This document shows, in pieces, positions 57,959 to 64,000 of a DNA stretch of 64,000 nucleotides. Under the pieces are notes generated by a model, which was not told the DNA's origin, made no database searches, and saw nothing but the letters and a program-made list of their open reading frames with translations. The stretch's first letter is position 1. The number at the start of each line of letters is the position of its first letter. The stretch covers positions 224,001-288,000 of the forward strand of contig CAXXFV010000015.1 in assembly GCA_963674595.2 (NCBI GenBank). The letters run 5' to 3'. Made by a program: the position numbers and the translations under genes. This DNA is from a bacterium. GTDB lineage: Bacteria; Zhuqueibacterota; Zhuqueibacteria; Residuimicrobiales; Krinioviventaceae.

Positions 57959-58660
57959 TTAGTTATGAGACGCCATCCAAAGTAACAGGGGAAGCATAAC
58001 ATTGCACTGTTCAATACATATATCAATGAGTTCGGCGGATTGAAGCTGCTGTATAGTGAGTGCCGGTGCAGCAGCCCAGAGCCCTTTTAAGCGCAGCAGG
58101 TTTTCCCTCGGATGGTCGGGATCATAACCTCTTGGAACACGTTTTAAACTTTCTCCACCTGTGATATAACCGCTGGTTTTATTAATTGTTTCTATTATGG
58201 AATACAGGTCTTTACCAGATTGACCGTTGAAAACAGATTGACGATAGTTTGCCAGCCATTCTTTTGAAAATAAATGAATACCGCAATAGACTCGTCCTCC
58301 GTTAGGTTCAAAAGTGATATAAAATCCGGGATTTTCTGATTTTTTACCGGACCCTTTCCAAAATTTAAATCGTAATTGTGTATTATAGGGTGATTTATTC
58401 CGGCTGAAGCGGATGTCCCGATGAATTCGCATATAGGAACCGGCCCCACTGGTTCTGGTGTCATAATTTATTTCGGGATGGATTTTTTGCAGTTTTTCTC
58501 CCATTATCGATACGAATTGCTGTGCAAAAGGAATGACGAATTTTTTATAACGATCTCTGTTTTCATCAAACCAGGGTTTGTTGTTGTTTTCTATAAGCTC
58601 GGCTAAAAAAGCCAAGGTTTCTGAAGGGATTCCGTTAAATGAATTCATAATTTTTCCCAA
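57959..58660 (-). CDS. DUF2461 family protein
   Basis: FLAELIENNNKPWFDENR, RIHRDIRFSRNKSPY, LKRVPRGYDPDHP. Confidence 0.9.
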   Translation of the reverse strand: MGKIMNSFNGIPSETLAFLAELIENNNKPWFDENRDRYKKFVIPFAQQFVSIMGEKLQKIHPEINYDTRTSGAGSYMRIHRDIRFSRNKSPYNTQLRFKFWKGSGKKSENPGFYITFEPNGGRVYCGIHLFSKEWLANYRQSVFNGQSGKDLYSIIETINKTSGYITGGESLKRVPRGYDPDHPRENLLRLKGLWAAAPALTIQQLQSAELIDICIEQCNVMLPLLLWMASHN

Positions 58661-58668
58661 GTTTTAGA

Positions 58669-59397
58669 TCAAGATTCCGGATTTGATTTAAATATATATC
58701 CGGCGCTTCTTACGCTGGTAATATATACTGGTTTCGAGGGATTGGGTTCAAAATATTTTCGTAAACGTGCTATAAAATTATCAATGGTTCGTGTTTCAAT
58801 ATCTGTACTGGTGTGCCAGACATGCTGCAGTAAATTCTGCCTGGTGACGATTTCTCCTTCATTTTCAACCAAAAATTTAAGGACCATAGCTTCTCGATGG
58901 GTCAGTTGAAAAGTGGTTTTAGCATTTGTGGCTTTGAGTGTTGAAAAATCAATTTCATTGTCACCAAACCGAAAAACCGGGTTCAATAGTGTTGTGCTTT
59001 TATACCAGGATTTTCGTTTTAGCATACCTTTCACACGCAGCAACAATTCCTCAAGATTAAATGGCTTTGTAACATAATCATCCGCACCTATTTCAAGGCC
59101 CTGAATCCGGTCTTTTTGAGTTGATTTTGCCGTAAGAAAAAGAATAGGTGTTTGAGGATAAATTTCCCGAATCTTTTCTGCAATCTGAAATCCGTCAAAA
59201 TAGGGAAGCATAATATCCAGTATAACCAGATCAAATTCTTCTTCCTGAATTTTTTTCATGGCTGATTTGCCATCGTTTAGAGTACAAACGCGATAGCCTT
59301 CTTCCTGCAGATTGTATTCCAGTCCCCTGGCCAACGATTCCTCGTCTTCAACCAGTAATATATAGTTGTTTAAAGGCTCTTTATTTAACATCTTCAT
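58669..59397 (-). CDS. OmpR-family response regulator
   Basis: LLVEDE, LDIMLP, GADDYVTKPF, RTIDNFIARLRK, VRSAGY. Confidence 0.95.
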   Translation of the reverse strand: MKMLNKEPLNNYILLVEDEESLARGLEYNLQEEGYRVCTLNDGKSAMKKIQEEEFDLVILDIMLPYFDGFQIAEKIREIYPQTPILFLTAKSTQKDRIQGLEIGADDYVTKPFNLEELLLRVKGMLKRKSWYKSTTLLNPVFRFGDNEIDFSTLKATNAKTTFQLTHREAMVLKFLVENEGEIVTRQNLLQHVWHTSTDIETRTIDNFIARLRKYFEPNPSKPVYITSVRSAGYIFKSNPES

Positions 59398-60406
59398 TAG
59401 CTCTTTGTTTGATCCATTTACGTGTAATTTCCAACAGATTATTTATATGCCGTTGTTTTGATAACCGATATATCGGCAGTTCCAATATAAAAGAGGTCCC
59501 CTTGTACAAGCCTTCGCTGTAAACAGTTATTTTACCGCCGTGAAATTTTATAATTTCTTTTACCCAATACAGGCCAAGGCCGGTTCCTTTGACATTGGGA
59601 ATGTGACTGTTATAAATTCTGTGAAATTTACGAAATACATTTTTTTGCTGTTTTTTTTCAATGCCGATACCCTGATCCGTAAAAGTAATTTTAAAATTTT
59701 TAGAATTTTGCTGCAAATTCACATTGATTTGCGGTGATTCGACCGAATATTTTTTAGCGTTATCCACTAAATTATTAAAAACAATTTTCAGAGAGTTTTG
59801 GTCGCATACACACTGTCCGGTAAGTAATCCTTTTATTTCCATGTCTTTTTTTGAGAGTTTGAATTGTTCCTGAGAATCTGCCAGGATCGCCTTAATCGTT
59901 TGGTCTGCCTCATAAACATGAAAATTATAAGCGATTTTTTTCTTTTCCAGACGTGTTAATTCAAGAATTGAATTTATCAATGTCTTTAGCCTGTTTGTAT
60001 CCTGAATCATGACATCCAGAAACTCAACGGATTTTTCTTTGGGGACGTTTCTTGTTTTCAAGGTTTCCAGGTAAAGCTGAATTGAGGCAAGGGGTGATTT
60101 TAGCTCGTGGGTGACATTGGCTATAAAATTGTCATAAAGTTTGGTATAGTTTAATTGTTTGTTTAAAAAGAAAAATATCAGGTAAATTCCTACCAGGATG
60201 GTTACCAGCAGAACGATACCAAAAACAAGGGCGAAAATGTTGATGTTTTTAGAAATGATTTGCGGTGAGACCTTGTCGCCCACTTTGTTGAAAATAATAT
60301 AATTCGACACATACCAGTAAATCCATAAAGCCAGCAAAGAAAACCAGGCAATTTGTGCCAGTGTAAATACCAGAACAGGATGTATGAGCCAACGCCACTT
60401 TTTCAT
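59381..60406 (-). CDS. Membrane sensor histidine kinase
   Basis: Two TM segments, THELKSPL, NLVDNAKKY, DQGIG, GTGLGL. Confidence 0.95.
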   Translation of the reverse strand: MKKWRWLIHPVLVFTLAQIAWFSLLALWIYWYVSNYIIFNKVGDKVSPQIISKNINIFALVFGIVLLVTILVGIYLIFFFLNKQLNYTKLYDNFIANVTHELKSPLASIQLYLETLKTRNVPKEKSVEFLDVMIQDTNRLKTLINSILELTRLEKKKIAYNFHVYEADQTIKAILADSQEQFKLSKKDMEIKGLLTGQCVCDQNSLKIVFNNLVDNAKKYSVESPQINVNLQQNSKNFKITFTDQGIGIEKKQQKNVFRKFHRIYNSHIPNVKGTGLGLYWVKEIIKFHGGKITVYSEGLYKGTSFILELPIYRLSKQRHINNLLEITRKWIKQRANEDVK

Positions 60407-60505
60407 AATTATGCATTTTTACATTACTTTTACAAATCTTTATAAAATAAATTAGTAAATATAAGGTGTAGTTCAAAGTAATTTTTAGTTTTTAAGGAAT
60501 GCGAT

Positions 60506-61984
60506 ATGAATATACTGCTGGTTTATCCGGAAACACCTTCGACATTTTGGAGTTTTCACAACGCTTTAAAATTTGTTTCAAAAAAGTCATCCGAGCCCCC
60601 TTTGGGTTTATTAACAGTGGCAGCCATGTTGCCAAAAACATGGGACAAACAATTAGTGGATATGAATGTATCAACACTCAAAGATACTGACCTGGAATGG
60701 GCTGATTATGTTTTTATCAGCGCTATGAATATTCAGATTGAATCGTTTAAAAAAGTTGTTAAACGCTGTAATGAAAGGGGCGTTAAAGTTGTCGCCGGCG
60801 GCCCGTTGTGCACTACGGATTATAAAAGTTTGGAAGGGATTGACCACTTTGTTTTGAACGAAGCTGAAATAACATTGCCCCTGTTTTTAAAGGATCTGCA
60901 AAATGGAACTGCAAAATATGTTTATGAGACCAGCGAGTTCCCGGAAATTGGCTCTACACCTGTTCCTTTGTGGAATTTGCTGGACCGGAAAAAATATGCT
61001 TCCATGAGTATTCAATATTCCCGTGGCTGTCCTTTTGATTGCGAGTTTTGCAGTATCACACTTTTAAATGGCCATAAACCCCGGACGAAAACGTCGGGAC
61101 AATTTTTACAGGAACTGGAAAAATTGTATGATGATGGCTGGCGCGGCGCGGTTTTTATTGTTGATGATAATTTTATCGGTAATAAACGCAAATTAAAAAT
61201 CGATTTATTACCCCTGTTGATCAAGTGGTCAAAAGAACATAATTATCCTTTTTATTTTACAACCGAGGTGTCTATCAACCTGGCGGATGATGATGAGCTT
61301 GTTAAATTGATGGTGCAGGCTGGTTTTAACCATACATTTGTCGGTATTGAAACGCCGAACGAATCGAGCCTGACCGAATGCGGAAAGGTGCAAAATAAAA
61401 GCCGCGATCTGATTGCTTCTGTTAAAAAATTGCAGCAAAAGGGTTTGATTGTTTCCGGAGGATTTATTGTCGGTTTTGATAACGATCCCCCGTCGATATT
61501 TGAACAGCAGATACGTTTTATTCAAAACAGCGGTATTGTTACGGCCATGGTTGGCTTGCTGAATGCACCTTCCGGGACAAAATTGTTTAAACGCCTTAAA
61601 GAAGAGAACCGGCTTTTGCAGATTATGAGCGGTGATAATATGGACGGGTCCATGAATTTTGTGCCAAAAATGAATCATCAAAAGCTAAAGGACGGGTATC
61701 GTCAGGTTTTACAGACGATATATTCTCAAAAAGATTATTACGAACGGGTGAAAACATTTTTAAAGGAATACCAGTTACACAGTACCAATATGACCAAAGT
61801 TCAATTTCAGGAAGTTTTGGCGCTGTTTCGGTCTTTATGGGTGCTTGGTGTTTTGGAAAAAGGAAAACGATTCTTTTGGAAACTGTTTTTTTATAGTTTG
61901 GTCCGGCACCCCAGAAAGTTTCCCGTTGCCATAACGTTGGCGATCTATGGATTTCATTTTCGCCGTGTTACGGAAACAATATAA
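60506..61984 (+). CDS. B12-binding-domain radical SAM protein (DUF4070 C-terminus)
   Basis: PPLGLLTVAAML, VAGGP, SRGCPFDCEFC (CxxxCxxC), VDDNFIG, GFIVGFDND. Confidence 0.92.
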   Translation: MNILLVYPETPSTFWSFHNALKFVSKKSSEPPLGLLTVAAMLPKTWDKQLVDMNVSTLKDTDLEWADYVFISAMNIQIESFKKVVKRCNERGVKVVAGGPLCTTDYKSLEGIDHFVLNEAEITLPLFLKDLQNGTAKYVYETSEFPEIGSTPVPLWNLLDRKKYASMSIQYSRGCPFDCEFCSITLLNGHKPRTKTSGQFLQELEKLYDDGWRGAVFIVDDNFIGNKRKLKIDLLPLLIKWSKEHNYPFYFTTEVSINLADDDELVKLMVQAGFNHTFVGIETPNESSLTECGKVQNKSRDLIASVKKLQQKGLIVSGGFIVGFDNDPPSIFEQQIRFIQNSGIVTAMVGLLNAPSGTKLFKRLKEENRLLQIMSGDNMDGSMNFVPKMNHQKLKDGYRQVLQTIYSQKDYYERVKTFLKEYQLHSTNMTKVQFQEVLALFRSLWVLGVLEKGKRFFWKLFFYSLVRHPRKFPVAITLAIYGFHFRRVTETI

Positions 61985-62007
61985 AAGTTTGTTTTAGGAA
62001 TGATTAC

Positions 62008-62044
62008 AGCAGGTTTGTCCCAAAGGGGCAAACCTGCTTTTTAT
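62008..62044. terminator. Terminator between convergent genes
   Basis: AGCAGGTTTGTCCC-AAA-GGGGCAAACCTGCT plus T run. Confidence 0.85.
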
Positions 62045-63625
62045 TTATGAACCCATTATTTGCAACGTTGTATAGATAGCAATCATAATAACAGCCAAAA
62101 TCAGCCACAACCACCAAACCAGTTTTGATTGTTTTTGAAATGTGTCTTTCAGGGACGGTAATGATTTTTCTTCCGGAGAGTTTTTGGTGAACAGTGAAAG
62201 GACAATCATAAAAGCCGACAAACCAACAAACAGGTAAAAGGACAACAGCATAAAATGGGGCCATTTTTCCGGCCATCCGAAAATTGGCTGGTCATTGAGA
62301 TGAAAGTAGCCGATTGTTAAACAAAGGATTGATCCGCCGACAAGTGTTGATAGTGCGGCTTTGGCTGTTGCTCTTTTCCATAAAATACCGATTAAAAACA
62401 CAGCCGCCATGGGCGGTGCCAGAAAAGCAATGATCCCCTGTAACAGATCGAACATGTTTTTTCCCAGTTTTCCCATCCATAACGCAAAGAGTATCGCCGC
62501 CGCTGCAGAAAGAACTGTAACAATCCGGCCGATGAATTTACGTTCCTGTGCAGTAGAGTTGGGACTAAAATAGCGGCAATATATATCCAGTGTAAAAACC
62601 GTGCTGAATGAATTTAAGCCCGAGTCTACCGTACTGATAAGCGCAGATACTAAAACTGCGACAATGAGTCCCGGCATACCTATGGGAAGATAGTTTGTCA
62701 CCATGGTTATAAATGCCTTGTCCGGATTATCAAGGTTTGGGTGCAGAAGGAAACAGAAAACGCCGGGCAGCATAAAAATCAACGGCGGCAGGATTTTTAA
62801 AAATCCTGTAAACACGGCCCCGAGCTGACCGTTGCGAATGTCTTTGGCGCCAAGGACACGTTGAACAATTGTCTGGTCTGTGCACCAGAACCATATCCCC
62901 AGAATCGGGTATCCTAAAAAGACGGCAATCCAGGGATAGGCTTGGTCACTCATTGGACGAATGAGGGTCCAATAGTTTTTTGGTGTGTTTTGTACAAGAC
63001 CATCCAGTCCACCGATTTTATCGAATGCTATAATTGTTAAAATTGTCGAGCCTGCTATCATTAAAATCGATTGAAATGTGTCGGTTACGATAACGGCCGC
63101 CAAACCTCCGGCCACTGTTAAAACAGCAGCAATCGTTGTTAATACAATAAGAGATGTGAGCAAAGGCCATCCCAATATCTGGCTCAATAAAATACCACCG
63201 GCATATAAAGCGCCACCAAGCCAGAGAATTAGTGTGGACAGCAATACATAAAAACTGAGAAAACGGTAGGAAGGTTCACCGAACCGGTGTTTTATAAATT
63301 CAGGCATGGTGGAAATTTTTGTTGTCATATAATGCGGAATGAAAAGCATGGCCAATAAAAACAGGAATATCCAGGCAAGCCATTCAAAATTGGCCGCAAC
63401 CAATCCTGAAGTATAAGCAACACTGCAACCGGCAATCAGGAATGATGGAGAGATGTTTGTGCCGAAAATGGAAAATCCGATATTCGCCCAGCCAAAGGTA
63501 TTGCCTCCCAGAAAAAGGTCTTGAGACCCTTTTCGTCGAAAACTGACAAAAAGGCCGATCCCTATAAGGGTCAGTATGTAAAGTATGATGACACCAAAAT
63601 CCCAGAGTGTTAAACCAAATTCCAT
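62045..63625 (-). CDS. Sodium:solute (sugar) symporter, SGLT-like
   Basis: SIFGTNIS, ANFEW, TMPEF, GGLAAVIVTD, WFWCTDQTIVQRVL. Confidence 0.93.
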   Translation of the reverse strand: MEFGLTLWDFGVIILYILTLIGIGLFVSFRRKGSQDLFLGGNTFGWANIGFSIFGTNISPSFLIAGCSVAYTSGLVAANFEWLAWIFLFLLAMLFIPHYMTTKISTMPEFIKHRFGEPSYRFLSFYVLLSTLILWLGGALYAGGILLSQILGWPLLTSLIVLTTIAAVLTVAGGLAAVIVTDTFQSILMIAGSTILTIIAFDKIGGLDGLVQNTPKNYWTLIRPMSDQAYPWIAVFLGYPILGIWFWCTDQTIVQRVLGAKDIRNGQLGAVFTGFLKILPPLIFMLPGVFCFLLHPNLDNPDKAFITMVTNYLPIGMPGLIVAVLVSALISTVDSGLNSFSTVFTLDIYCRYFSPNSTAQERKFIGRIVTVLSAAAAILFALWMGKLGKNMFDLLQGIIAFLAPPMAAVFLIGILWKRATAKAALSTLVGGSILCLTIGYFHLNDQPIFGWPEKWPHFMLLSFYLFVGLSAFMIVLSLFTKNSPEEKSLPSLKDTFQKQSKLVWWLWLILAVIMIAIYTTLQIMGS

Positions 63626-63770
63626 ATTATTCTTCCTTTGTGATTCGTGATGGGGGGATGGGGACGTGGATCAATATTTTAAATAAAAGCATATATTAAA
63701 ATAAGGGTTGTTTTTATATTGTTCAAGCTTTTTTGGGAAAAAAGACAGGTATTATAAAATGGAATTGTGA

Positions 63771-63823
63771 TAAAAAAAATGCGATGCAGACATTTTTAAA
63801 AACAGACATGAACCGCATCGCAT
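63771..63823 (-). terminator. Putative terminator after the DUF1080 gene
   Basis: ATGCGATGC...GCATCGCAT inverted repeat followed by a T run on the minus strand. Confidence 0.55.
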
Positions 63824-63836
63824 AAAATAAAAAATG

Positions 63837-64000
63837 CTAAGGTAATGGTTTTACCATGATATTTTTAAAATAAACAATACTATTTGGATCGTGTCCCTGA
63901 AGTGCAAAGGTACCGCTTGATAATTTTCGTTCCGGCCAGCCTTCATAGTTCACACTGTCCGGTTCGGTATAGTCAACAATAACGTTGTCGTTTATTTTAA
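63837..64000 (-). CDS. C-terminal fragment of a DUF1080 (3-keto-glycoside hydratase-like) protein
   Basis: Manual translation ...NDNVIVDYTEPDSVNYEGWPERKLSSGTFALQGHDPNSIVYFKNIMVKPLP-TAG; LQGH...VYFKNI is the DUF1080 C-terminal signature. Confidence 0.8.
   Translation of the reverse strand, partial: KINDNVIVDYTEPDSVNYEGWPERKLSSGTFALQGHDPNSIVYFKNIMVKPLP

Noticed and set aside
63648-63670. G-rich patch upstream of the SSS gene
   Set aside because: Too few G tracts for a convincing quadruplex and no repeat structure.
1-64000. CRISPR arrays, tRNA/rRNA, transposases, prophage or defence genes
   Set aside because: None recognised. Intergenic gaps are short and mostly explained by promoters and terminators. 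A covariance-model search was not possible.

Overview
AT-rich bacterial chromosomal window, probably from an anaerobic FCB-group organism. The TonB receptor / C-terminal sorting-domain / PorV triad suggests a KSB1- or Calditrichota-like lineage (inference). I saw no rRNA, tRNA, CRISPR array or IS element. Left part: a GxGYxYP protein missing from the ORF track, a frameshifted amidase, CE7 esterase, acyl-CoA ligase, Tat sulfatase, an orphan PduS/PduT-like pair, AGCS and CLC transporters, DUF1638, and a frameshifted type III glutamine synthetase behind a sigma54-like promoter with paired palindromes. Centre (17.5-47.6 kb): a SusD-less glycan-utilisation region (TBDR, secreted protein, PorV, heparinase II/III-like protein, GH38, SSS, six-hairpin glycosidase, AGE epimerase, dehydrogenases, TIM barrels). 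It embeds four URO-D/MtaA-fold proteins and ends in a short 'core' MetE-like methyltransferase. Right part: menG-menA-CPBP, a PAS kinase, cobT-cobS-cobC, DUF3795, an unannotated HesB-like selenoprotein (in-frame TGA plus SECIS-like hairpin), a fifth URO-D protein, a two-component system, a B12 radical SAM, SSS and a DUF1080 fragment. The best candidate for a new system is corrinoid-linked methyl transfer (for example sugar O-demethylation to methionine) coupled to glycan catabolism. This is a hypothesis: no stand-alone corrinoid carrier protein is visible in the window. All family assignments come from motif recognition by eye, not database searches.
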